Shown here piece by piece: positions 37,475-46,170 of a stretch of 64,000 nucleotides of DNA. Each line of letters starts with the position of its first letter. The first letter of the stretch is position 1. The DNA lies in the IMG/VR virus record IMGVR_UViG_3300032770_000002, positions 166,254-230,253 of that record. One strand, given 5' to 3'. The notes beneath the pieces are model-generated. The model was given only the letters and a program-made list of their open reading frames with translations, had not been told where the DNA came from and made no database searches. The position numbers and the translations under genes are program-made.

Positions 37475-37666
37475 ATGAGTGAAGACGCTAACGGGAAGTG
37501 GTGCGTGCTCGTTGACGGGCGCCAGGTGACTGGTCCACTTGACGAGTCCTCCGCTAAGACCCAAGCAGATGAACGCCGACGAAAAATCGCCAAGTCCAAG
37601 TCAACCAACGAAGGACAAGGCGCTTCCGTCCCAATCATCGAAGCGAAACAAATCCTCTTCGGTTGA
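37475..37666 (+). CDS. hypothetical protein
   Basis: ORF from ATG 37475 ending KQILFG. Confidence 0.5.
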   Translation: MSEDANGKWCVLVDGRQVTGPLDESSAKTQADERRRKIAKSKSTNEGQGASVPIIEAKQILFG

Positions 37667-38276
37667 GAAACAATCGACGCCACCACCGTCGGTTCAGGCT
37701 TCCGTTGCGATTCCACTCGAGGTCCTTCTCAACCCTGGACAATTTCTTAAGGCCTGTCTAGACGCCCCTGAAACCGGGGCTGAGCTCCTAACCACTGACC
37801 CATCGCTATCCGTTTTGCAGGACTTGGTTGAGGCGATGCGGACTGGCGAGAGCGTTGACGACCTCAAAGTCCCAATCATTCAGCTGACTGGGAACCAGGA
37901 AGAACGGGCCAAGCTCGTTCGCAGCCTCCAACTTTCACACGACTACACGCGCCTCGCAAAATTCCTCATCATTCGGTCGAAACTGGAGCAAGTCGTGATG
38001 GGCTATGCCGCGGATGGAAAGTTTACCCCGGCCGAAAGCCTTTCATTTTACCGCACGGTTCGTGAGGAAATTTCTGACATTCAAAGCGCCGTTAGTGAGG
38101 GTGCTGCCGCGGGCGGTGACGTGACGACGATGCTGAACAAGGTTACGTTTGCGACCAAGGCCCAGGAGGTTGAGCTGGCCAAGCGAGTCAAGGGCTCGCC
38201 TTACAACCGCGAGCTAGTTAGAAAGCTAGTTTACAAACTCTCAAAATTGGTTAGGGATAAAAAGGTTAAGGCATGA
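37539..38276 (+). CDS. hypothetical helical protein, candidate terminase small subunit
   Basis: Directly upstream of terL; start uncertain. Confidence 0.45.
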   Translation: MTSPPLRPKQMNADEKSPSPSQPTKDKALPSQSSKRNKSSSVEKQSTPPPSVQASVAIPLEVLLNPGQFLKACLDAPETGAELLTTDPSLSVLQDLVEAMRTGESVDDLKVPIIQLTGNQEERAKLVRSLQLSHDYTRLAKFLIIRSKLEQVVMGYAADGKFTPAESLSFYRTVREEISDIQSAVSEGAAAGGDVTTMLNKVTFATKAQEVELAKRVKGSPYNRELVRKLVYKLSKLVRDKKVKA

Positions 38277-38279
38277 GCG

Positions 38280-40388
38280 ATGGCTGACAAGCAGACCGAA
38301 AGTCCGATTATCGAGCCAGTTGGCCCGCCAATCATCCACACGGGCCACACGACCGATGTCGATCGGTCCCTTGACTTGATCTTAGATGGTGAGGACGCGA
38401 CAAGGGTTCTCGCCAATCTTGACCCAACAAGCCTCGAGTTTTTCTACGAGCTGATTGATTCGATTAGGCAGGGCAACGACAAGGAGGCCCTTGACCGGCT
38501 GTGGCGGGTTGACTACATCAAGGCTCCGCCGACCATCGAGGAGTTCATTGACGACCCGTATTGGCTGGGTGAGGTGACCTGCCACACGGACGAAAATGAA
38601 GGCATTTTTCCAATATGGCGAAAGGTGCTGCTGACTGACTTTGACCTCGACTCAAAAATCCATAACGCGGTTGTCACTGGCAGCTTGGGCGTTGGCAAAA
38701 GCTTCATCTCCGTCGTCATCTTGCTCTACCGCATTGCCTTGGCTAGGCTCCTGAGAAACCCGTATAACTTCTTCTCGATGTCGAGGGGCACGCAGCTTTT
38801 CTACACGATCATCTCCATCACGCGGGCCCAGGTTCAAGAGACTGCCTTTGGCGACGCGCTGAACTTCATGGCGAACAGCCCGTTCTTCATTGAGGAGTGC
38901 GGGTTTGACCCAAACATGATGTATCGCTCACAGGTCATTGACCTTGGCAACAACGTCATGATCAACGCGGGGTCAAAAGGCTGGCACTTCATCGGTAAAA
39001 GCGTGATGGGGATTCTCTTTGACGAAGGCAACTTTCGCATTGAATCGAACCCAAATTTAAAAGCCTACCAGATGTTCAACGAGGCGAGGAAGCGGTTTAA
39101 GTCACGCTTCCAGAAGAAGGCCACCTACCTTCCGGCCATCTCACTGCTCTCCTCATCTGCAGCTGACGAGTCATCATTCACCGAGCAAATCGTCAAGGAG
39201 ATTGCTGAGTCAGGTGACCCACACCAGAAGGTGTATCGGTTTTCAACTTACGTTGCCCGCGCGCACCTTCTTGAAGACCTCAACCAAGACCGGTGGTTCA
39301 GGGTTTCTTACGGCTTGCGCAACATTGAGCCGACGATTCTTCGTGGGTGGTTTGACGCCGATGGTAAACTGCTGCTGGCGTCTGGCACCCCTGAAGAGCA
39401 AACTCTGGAGCAACCTGCTCCAGGTTGTTCGGTTGAGTATGTGCCAGAGCGGTATTTCGACGTCTATCGACGCGACTGCCGTGGCTCACTTCAGGCGATT
39501 AGCGGCATTTCCGTTGGCGGCACGCATCGGTTGTTCCCATCGACGATTGACATCGAGATCTGCATCGACATGGCCATTAAGGACGGACTGAAAAACCCGT
39601 GCTTGACTGAGCTGATGCCGATCTCGATGGAGGACGACAAGAACGTCTGGGACTACCTGGACCACAACTCATTCTTGATGCTCCATCGCAGCCAGGTCGT
39701 GCCGCGCAGACACCCTGACATGCTGCGATTCGCCCACATCGACTTGGCCACCGAGACCATGGCCGGCGTCAGCATCTGCCACCTTCTCGGGCGGCAGTTG
39801 GTTGAGGACCAAAAGCTCGGCGAGGTCTTCAAGGAATATCGGCTCATCGTCGAGTATGACTTTGTCCTGACCATTATCGCTGGGCAGCGAAAGCCAATTT
39901 CGATTGGGAAGATCTTCAACTTCTTCTTTTGGCTGCGTGACAAGTGCGGCTTCCACTTCGGGTTAATCACCGCGGACCAGTGGCAGTCGGTCCTTCCACT
40001 CCAGACGCTCGAAGCGGCTGGTTTTAACGTCGGCAACGTCTCGTTGGACAGGACGTCGGCGCCATACCATGAGTGGCGCCGTGGATTCAGTGAACACCGC
40101 ATCCGAACTTATCGCCAAAACCAGATGATCAAGGAATGTGAAGCGCTGCTTGACTTCGGCGACCGCGTTGAAAAGCCAGAGGGCGGGTCGAAAGACACGA
40201 CTGACGGTGCCGCTGGAGCGTATTGGAATGCGGTCAGTTCAGCAAGCGAGATGGGCAAGCAGACGACGTCAGCTCCACCGTCCGTGTTTCAGGAAAATGT
40301 CTTCGCCAACGAGGAGGCAGAGAAGCCGCCCATTGAAATTCCAGTCAACATCGAACACCCGCAGGTCGATTCGATCACGATCATTTAG
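38280..40388 (+). CDS. terL: terminase large subunit
   Basis: PPTIEEFIDDPYWLG, TGSLGVGKS Walker A, LFDEGN Walker B, LLSSS, HIDLA and TADQWQS nuclease motifs, SKDTTDG. Confidence 0.85.
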   Translation: MADKQTESPIIEPVGPPIIHTGHTTDVDRSLDLILDGEDATRVLANLDPTSLEFFYELIDSIRQGNDKEALDRLWRVDYIKAPPTIEEFIDDPYWLGEVTCHTDENEGIFPIWRKVLLTDFDLDSKIHNAVVTGSLGVGKSFISVVILLYRIALARLLRNPYNFFSMSRGTQLFYTIISITRAQVQETAFGDALNFMANSPFFIEECGFDPNMMYRSQVIDLGNNVMINAGSKGWHFIGKSVMGILFDEGNFRIESNPNLKAYQMFNEARKRFKSRFQKKATYLPAISLLSSSAADESSFTEQIVKEIAESGDPHQKVYRFSTYVARAHLLEDLNQDRWFRVSYGLRNIEPTILRGWFDADGKLLLASGTPEEQTLEQPAPGCSVEYVPERYFDVYRRDCRGSLQAISGISVGGTHRLFPSTIDIEICIDMAIKDGLKNPCLTELMPISMEDDKNVWDYLDHNSFLMLHRSQVVPRRHPDMLRFAHIDLATETMAGVSICHLLGRQLVEDQKLGEVFKEYRLIVEYDFVLTIIAGQRKPISIGKIFNFFFWLRDKCGFHFGLITADQWQSVLPLQTLEAAGFNVGNVSLDRTSAPYHEWRRGFSEHRIRTYRQNQMIKECEALLDFGDRVEKPEGGSKDTTDGAAGAYWNAVSSASEMGKQTTSAPPSVFQENVFANEEAEKPPIEIPVNIEHPQVDSITII

Positions 40389-40391
40389 TTG

Positions 40392-40419
40392 TTTACAAAT
40401 TTAGGATTCGTGGTATACT
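40392..40419 (+). promoter_or_regulatory. class 1 promoter, leaderless
   Basis: TTTACA-N16-TATACT, then ggggcc-ATG (40426). Confidence 0.85.
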
Positions 40420-40425
40420 GGGGCC

Positions 40426-40608
40426 ATGAAGAAGTTTGTTGTCCTGCTCTTTATGGCCTGCTCAGGGTGCGTCACATACATCGAGCCGGGCTATCACGAC
40501 ATTGACGGGGCCGCTCGATGGACGAGCGCCGATTACAGTCAAAGTTCCTGGGTTGAATTTCAATCTGAACCAGGGACTCCAGTCAGAATTCGTCGGTCTA
40601 ACCCTTAG
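40426..40608 (+). CDS. small putative lipoprotein
   Basis: MKKFVVLLFMACSGC signal with lipobox-like SGC. Confidence 0.6.
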   Translation: MKKFVVLLFMACSGCVTYIEPGYHDIDGAARWTSADYSQSSWVEFQSEPGTPVRIRRSNP

Positions 40609-40613
40609 ACTTT

Positions 40614-41288
40614 ATGCCAGAATACGTCCTTGGAAAGAAGCCAAGAAAAAAGATCACGCCATTCATTGATTGCGAATTTTTTGTGATTTCTCACTCACGT
40701 CATCGGCTCTATTGGACTATCAGAGGTCAATTTGTAGGGTTAAATGGGTCAAAGCGTAAAATCTACATTGAAGATCTATTAGATGAGTCCTATATTCTAA
40801 TTCATCTAATTCATCCAGATAGGTTTTGCTTTAAATTTAAGGCCCATCCTTCTAACGTGGAGGCGGAATTTCGTGAGGCCGTCAGCCGAATGGGCGTTTC
40901 TCCATCTCACTATGAATTTATCTTAGATCGACCACTGACAGAGCTCCTTAATCTGTTGAAGACATTTCACGAAATGGACGTGGAAAAAGTCTACATGGGC
41001 GAACGCATCAAGCCAGACCGTTGCTTTGAGATTAAGGCAGATTTTCGTCCGTTCGTCTCAAAGTATCGATACATCGACAGGACTCGGAATGACTCAAAGC
41101 CAACATTTTACGCCTTTGTCCTGGGCCACAGAAAACCAGGAGACCAAGTCATGGAGGTTAAAGTCAGAGGTTCCTGGCAAAATAGGTGCGAGTTTGTCCT
41201 GCTCATCGGGCCTGACGAGGCCGATCAATTTCAGCTTGACATAAAGTTGTGCATGCGGGACATGGTTCAAAACGCCCTGAGTAGTTAG
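40614..41288 (+). CDS. hypothetical protein (lower GC)
   Basis: 224-aa ORF with AT-rich codons. Confidence 0.6.
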   Translation: MPEYVLGKKPRKKITPFIDCEFFVISHSRHRLYWTIRGQFVGLNGSKRKIYIEDLLDESYILIHLIHPDRFCFKFKAHPSNVEAEFREAVSRMGVSPSHYEFILDRPLTELLNLLKTFHEMDVEKVYMGERIKPDRCFEIKADFRPFVSKYRYIDRTRNDSKPTFYAFVLGHRKPGDQVMEVKVRGSWQNRCEFVLLIGPDEADQFQLDIKLCMRDMVQNALSS

Positions 41289-41336
41289 GCCGTTCTTTGA
41301 CATCCGCACCAGCGGTAGAAAGCGAGGTGATTGCAA

Positions 41337-41624
41337 ATGACGCGAACCGTCATAAAAGGTCAGCACGTAATCTTCGTTGATGAGGACAGAGTCGAACACG
41401 CGGCGCTCGTGACACAAGTCTGGGGCACTGGAACGTGGGATGACGAAAAACCACTGGTTCCGAATGGAGACCAAGCAAATTGGCCGACATGTCTGAATAT
41501 GGTCTATGTCCTCAAAGATGATAAACGCACGGACCAATACGGCAACCAAATTCGCCACGTGTCAAGTGTGGTTCACCAGTCCTTGAGTCAAGCGGCTGGC
41601 GGCTACATGTGGCATCACGCGTAA
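41337..41624 (+). CDS. hypothetical protein
   Basis: HAALVTQVW...CLNMVYV phage-type motif. Confidence 0.6.
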   Translation: MTRTVIKGQHVIFVDEDRVEHAALVTQVWGTGTWDDEKPLVPNGDQANWPTCLNMVYVLKDDKRTDQYGNQIRHVSSVVHQSLSQAAGGYMWHHA

Positions 41625-41642
41625 AGAGGTTCTGTAAAGTGC

Positions 41643-41918
41643 ATGAGGAATGTAATACAAACCAATAATGCGTTTTACGTTTACACGCTTTCTGGTCCTT
41701 GTGGGGTGTTTTATGTGGGTAAAGGTCAAGGACATAGAATGCTGTGGCATGTCGCTACGGTTAAGCGCACCGGCAGCCATCCACACAATCAAAGACTGGC
41801 CAATTGCATTCGTCAAATTCTCGAGTCTGGCCATGATGTTGTCATTCAAAAAGTTTTTACGGGTTCAGAACAATTGGGGCCGAAGCAGTCAGGAAGTAGC
41901 CATGTTCTAAGTGGCTGA
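41643..41918 (+). pseudogene. GIY-YIG endonuclease fragment
   Basis: FYVYTL..VFYVGKGQGHR..H, ending before the expected catalytic Glu helix and Asn. Confidence 0.55.
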
Positions 41919-41939
41919 CGGTTCAAACGTCAGCCACGT

Positions 41940-42449
41940 ATGTTTTACCACATTCAAGGTCTCTGCCCACGTCCAAAAGAGGTTTCTGGGTGTGGATTCT
42001 GCGTCTCACTCTGGCTTGCGTTCAAGGAGGCCGTCGCCAGGTCTGATCTCACTCAAGACATGGTCAACACGGGCATTAGCAACTTGCACCGTGAGTGGCT
42101 TGACGGCTGTGGCTATGACGGAATGTTTGACCCTGACGAGGACCCACTGGAGCGGTGGAAGACTGACCGTGGCCTGCAGGAGAAAAAATATGGCCCGCGT
42201 GCCCATCACCTTTATGACGTCCACTCGATTCGGGTTCAGTGGGGTGAGTGGGGTCCAGAGCACATCACCGTTCCAGGGAATGCGTGTGGTTTAGATTTGG
42301 ACCGAAGCGCGATAGGCCATCCACGTGGTGGAGTTTCTCTGCTGCCGCACAATGTCGACACGATCCGACAGGCCCACCTTCTGCTTGTGATCTTTACGTT
42401 TTTTGCCGACAGCGTCATCCTTCGATCCTCAGCAAAGACGGTTAGATAG
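41940..42449 (+). CDS. hypothetical protein
   Basis: 169-aa ORF. Confidence 0.55.
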   Translation: MFYHIQGLCPRPKEVSGCGFCVSLWLAFKEAVARSDLTQDMVNTGISNLHREWLDGCGYDGMFDPDEDPLERWKTDRGLQEKKYGPRAHHLYDVHSIRVQWGEWGPEHITVPGNACGLDLDRSAIGHPRGGVSLLPHNVDTIRQAHLLLVIFTFFADSVILRSSAKTVR

Positions 42450-42451
42450 TT

Positions 42452-42799
42452 GTGGACAACACGACTGCAGACCAACTCATTCTGGACCAGGTAACCCGAC
42501 CGGCGTTCTCGATGTTTGTGGCAACGCCGCTCTATGTCATTGACGGATTTCCTGTCTACGGGTTAATGCGTCCACCAGTGTTTCCTGACCCGACAGACCA
42601 GGTTTTTACGATGACGGTCCAAGCACAACACAGGCTTGACCTTGTGTCCTACGCATTTTACCAGACGCCTGAATTGGCGCCAGTCATCGCCGAAGTCAAC
42701 AACATTCACGACATGCTGATGGGAGTGCGTGTTGGCTCAACGCTGCGCATACCCCTGAAGTCGAGGTTGACGGCGCTTGGCTTATTGAACAACGCTTGA
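42452..42799 (+). CDS. baseplate LysM-like protein (gp53 / tail X-like)
   Basis: RLDLVSYAFYQTPELAPVIAEVNNI...GSTLRIP. Confidence 0.75.
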   Translation: MDNTTADQLILDQVTRPAFSMFVATPLYVIDGFPVYGLMRPPVFPDPTDQVFTMTVQAQHRLDLVSYAFYQTPELAPVIAEVNNIHDMLMGVRVGSTLRIPLKSRLTALGLLNNA

Positions 42800-42800
42800 T

Positions 42801-43289
42801 ATGGCCTACATCACTGACAGCGTGTTGCGAAACACGATTGACGTTCCAATCTCACTTCCAGGGACTCGTGTGACAGCGAACGCGTGGCTTGTCGTCGCGA
42901 CGGTCCCAATCAGCGGGTCAACGACGGCCGAGTTCAGGTTCATGCTGCTCCAGCTGCTTGACGCCATTCGAAACAACGTGGTCATCACCCTGAATGACGC
43001 GTGCAATCCAGTCTCGATTGGATTGGTGAACAACAACCGCGGACTGGCTTATTTAGGCATCGTCAAGGACATCGTTGGAAATTCCATTGATCCGGCGACC
43101 GTCCAGTTTGTTGGCACCGTGGCCGATGTCATCTCAGTCTCAACTCAGGGGGTCGTTGTGCGTGACGAGTCCGCGCCATCGCTAATCATCGACGCCCCTG
43201 GGAATTACTCGTTTGTCATCATCAACAACTGCGTCGACGTGGACCTTAGGCTTCTCGTTTCAGGCGTCTTACGGGTCAACTCTTCATAG
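42801..43289 (+). CDS. putative virion structural protein
   Basis: beta-rich; NNCVDVDLRLLVSG C-terminus resembles the next gene. Confidence 0.55.
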   Translation: MAYITDSVLRNTIDVPISLPGTRVTANAWLVVATVPISGSTTAEFRFMLLQLLDAIRNNVVITLNDACNPVSIGLVNNNRGLAYLGIVKDIVGNSIDPATVQFVGTVADVISVSTQGVVVRDESAPSLIIDAPGNYSFVIINNCVDVDLRLLVSGVLRVNSS

Positions 43290-43291
43290 CC

Positions 43292-43930
43292 ATGGGCTTT
43301 GTCACTACTGAGGACTTTGCGAACTCAACGGCGTTTCCCATTGCCATGCCACAGGGCAAGATGCAGGCGGGTGAAACGATCACGCTGGCGACCATTCAAC
43401 TTGATGAAACGTCGCGCCTCGACCTCGCGTGGTTGACGATGCACCTCTTGACGACGGCTCCGGCCATCCGCAGCAGCTTGTTGACGTTCGCTTCACAGCT
43501 TGGATTTACGGTCACGGCCAACACGCCAATCTTTCAACCTCAAGACGTCGGGTCATTTATCCAGTGGGAGGCAGGAACTCGGTCAACCATCGTGGCCTAC
43601 GTCAGTCCAACGGTCGTGACAGTTGACGTGTCGACGACGCTCGACCCTGACTACTTCACGATTGTCGGCAGCTCACCAGCCTTCATCAACAGCAGCTTTG
43701 GACTTGTCTACGTCGGCCTTTACACCCAAGAATTTTACCGCCTAAGCACTCCTGGAGCGGTGCCGATTTTCTTCCTTTCACTTCCAAACATTGGCCTGGC
43801 TTCGTTGCCTTCACGAACAAGGCGCATCGTTCACGGCCCTGACGTGGTGACGGTCGCCGTGACAAACAACACCACAAACGTCGACGACGTTGAAGTAACG
43901 GTCAGTGGTGTCATCAAAGTTTACAACTGA
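43292..43930 (+). CDS. putative virion structural protein
   Basis: beta-rich; NNTTNVDDVEVTVSG. Confidence 0.55.
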   Translation: MGFVTTEDFANSTAFPIAMPQGKMQAGETITLATIQLDETSRLDLAWLTMHLLTTAPAIRSSLLTFASQLGFTVTANTPIFQPQDVGSFIQWEAGTRSTIVAYVSPTVVTVDVSTTLDPDYFTIVGSSPAFINSSFGLVYVGLYTQEFYRLSTPGAVPIFFLSLPNIGLASLPSRTRRIVHGPDVVTVAVTNNTTNVDDVEVTVSGVIKVYN

Positions 43931-46170
43931 TGTTCGACGCAACCATCATCCTCAACCGTGACGACATTCTCGTCTGGGCCAGTGCCGGAACGCTGACAAG
44001 CGACCTTGACCAGCAGTCTGGCATCGTCTTTGACTGGTCCACGGCCGCTCGTCGTGACGCCCAGTTGTCACGCCGGGACATTGCACTGGCCAACTCGATT
44101 GCTGATGTGGCCGCGACCGTCGCGACTGTCTGGGGTGGCACCGTGGCGTATTCAGCGCCGCCTGAGCCCCAGGGTGTCGACATTCCAGGCGAGATGGCAC
44201 CGATCACCAACGTGGCAGGAACGGTTGCTCACGTCAAGCCAAGCTCAGTTCCTGGGGACTCCTACACGACCGACCAAGACCTTCTGCAGCGTGACTTGGT
44301 CATCCTTGAAGGGCTTCGCCAGGTCACGAAGATGGTGCCTGACGCTGTCATCAGCGGGACATTGCCGGGTCCAGTGGAACTGTCCGTCGCCTGGTCGCTG
44401 GCTGAAGGGGCGCCAACTGGGGTTTCGGTCAGTCCGATCCTTCCGATGGCCATTGACACGTTTAAGTCGCCTGACGAAGACCTGGCCAACAACGACAACC
44501 AGCTTGCACTGAACGTCGCCTCGCTGTCTCAGTTGTTGAGCAACCCGTTTTTGATGGCCAGTCGGCTGATTGTTCAATCTTCAGACGGGTCGCATGAGGC
44601 CGAAAGTTACGTCCTCATCTCTGAGGATTCGAACACGAAGGTGTGGCAAGCTGAGCCTGGGATTGAAGGGCGGATGCGTGTCACCTATGACAAGCTGCGT
44701 CACACGCTGGCCTGGACTGACGAAACGGAGTCTCCTGCGTTGCCCTACCCACAACCTTATGCTGTGGGCGGCACGATTTCCGGGCCAATTGAGGTCTTGC
44801 CGGCGCTCGACGAGGCGAAGGACGTTGAATTTTGGCGTAAGAAGGCCACGCAGGTCAACTTGCTTTCCGTCAAGGAAGTTCAAGCCGCCCACGTCACCGA
44901 CCCTGGACTGACGGCGATGGGCGACGCTTATGAAAGTCACGGAGCGGCCGTCTTTGTCCAAGCTGGGACATTGACGACAATCGTGGCTGGAACACTCGAC
45001 CCTGGGACGACGCGAGTCGCGCTGCTTGCCGCGTCGGTTCCTGAAGTGGTTGTTGACGGCGCTAAGGGCGTCGGTGGGACACCAACGGGTTTTGCAACGG
45101 ACTTTCCAGCGTCAGGCGGCACAATCCTGTGGGGCATCCAGTTGACTCCAGGGCTGTGGTCAATGACGGTTTATTTTACGAACGTGCTCGGAACGGCGCC
45201 GACGTCGTGGCCATTTTTGGTCCAACTTGGGACGAATGTCGTGTCGGCCTTGGGGCTGCGCTTCACAAAGGACAACGGTGAAGTCGACTCGGCCAACTAT
45301 GCCATCAACGCTCCGGCCGGTCCAGTCACTCTGTCGCTGGCGTGGGGACCGCCAGACGCGTCAAACCAACTTCGCATTGAACGCATTGTCTTTACGCGGC
45401 AAAGCGCTGAACAGACCTATTCATTGTCCGCCTTTCTAGGTTCAACTGGGCCGGCGACCGTCGAGGTGGACATGCTTCCGTATAGGTTGGACGTTCTTTC
45501 GTTTGCCTTTGAAACGACGGAGCAGCTGATTGACCCGGTCTTGACGCTCCTGTGGGAGGACACGGTCATCGTGACTCCAAACGCGACGGACGCGGACACG
45601 ACGCCACTCAGCATCTTTGCGGTCGACGCGATGAACTACCACTCGGTTGAGGTGACAAAGAATGCTGATGGGTTTGAGGCGTGGAAGAGCGAGATGGTCG
45701 AGCGCGCGGCTGAATCGGTCGTTGACGCGTTTAACGCCAGCATCCTAGTCGATCCTGGTTTTGACCCGACTGTTCTCGTGTATGGAACAATCGGTGGCAC
45801 TGTCGTAACTCAGCGGTATTGGACGCTCGACTCCACAAACGCGTGGCTCAACTACCTGCGTGAAAGCGAAGCCAGGTTTGACCTCGCCCTGCGTGAAGGC
45901 GGACCGGGCGACATTGGTCGGCCGGCCATCATTCCAATGGGACTCAAGTATGACTTCGACCAAAACGTGTTTCCACGCAGTGTCACGCTTGAGGAAGAGG
46001 TCATCAACGACACGGTCCCACTCCAAGTGACTGCACGCGTGGCCGGCACGCTGTGCACGCCAATCCTTGCGGCGTATCAGCCATGGATGGCTCGAATCTC
46101 ACTGCCGGTCTTCGTCGAAGATTTTTGGGCCGAAAGCCGAGTTGGTGGGACGGTGACCACAGTCGACTAG
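43930..46170 (+). CDS. putative virion structural protein (746 aa)
   Basis: Acidic and V/T/G-rich, with a recurring (G/A)GT(V/L/I) motif; co-directional with the baseplate gene. Confidence 0.55.
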   Translation: MFDATIILNRDDILVWASAGTLTSDLDQQSGIVFDWSTAARRDAQLSRRDIALANSIADVAATVATVWGGTVAYSAPPEPQGVDIPGEMAPITNVAGTVAHVKPSSVPGDSYTTDQDLLQRDLVILEGLRQVTKMVPDAVISGTLPGPVELSVAWSLAEGAPTGVSVSPILPMAIDTFKSPDEDLANNDNQLALNVASLSQLLSNPFLMASRLIVQSSDGSHEAESYVLISEDSNTKVWQAEPGIEGRMRVTYDKLRHTLAWTDETESPALPYPQPYAVGGTISGPIEVLPALDEAKDVEFWRKKATQVNLLSVKEVQAAHVTDPGLTAMGDAYESHGAAVFVQAGTLTTIVAGTLDPGTTRVALLAASVPEVVVDGAKGVGGTPTGFATDFPASGGTILWGIQLTPGLWSMTVYFTNVLGTAPTSWPFLVQLGTNVVSALGLRFTKDNGEVDSANYAINAPAGPVTLSLAWGPPDASNQLRIERIVFTRQSAEQTYSLSAFLGSTGPATVEVDMLPYRLDVLSFAFETTEQLIDPVLTLLWEDTVIVTPNATDADTTPLSIFAVDAMNYHSVEVTKNADGFEAWKSEMVERAAESVVDAFNASILVDPGFDPTVLVYGTIGGTVVTQRYWTLDSTNAWLNYLRESEARFDLALREGGPGDIGRPAIIPMGLKYDFDQNVFPRSVTLEEEVINDTVPLQVTARVAGTLCTPILAAYQPWMARISLPVFVEDFWAESRVGGTVTTVD

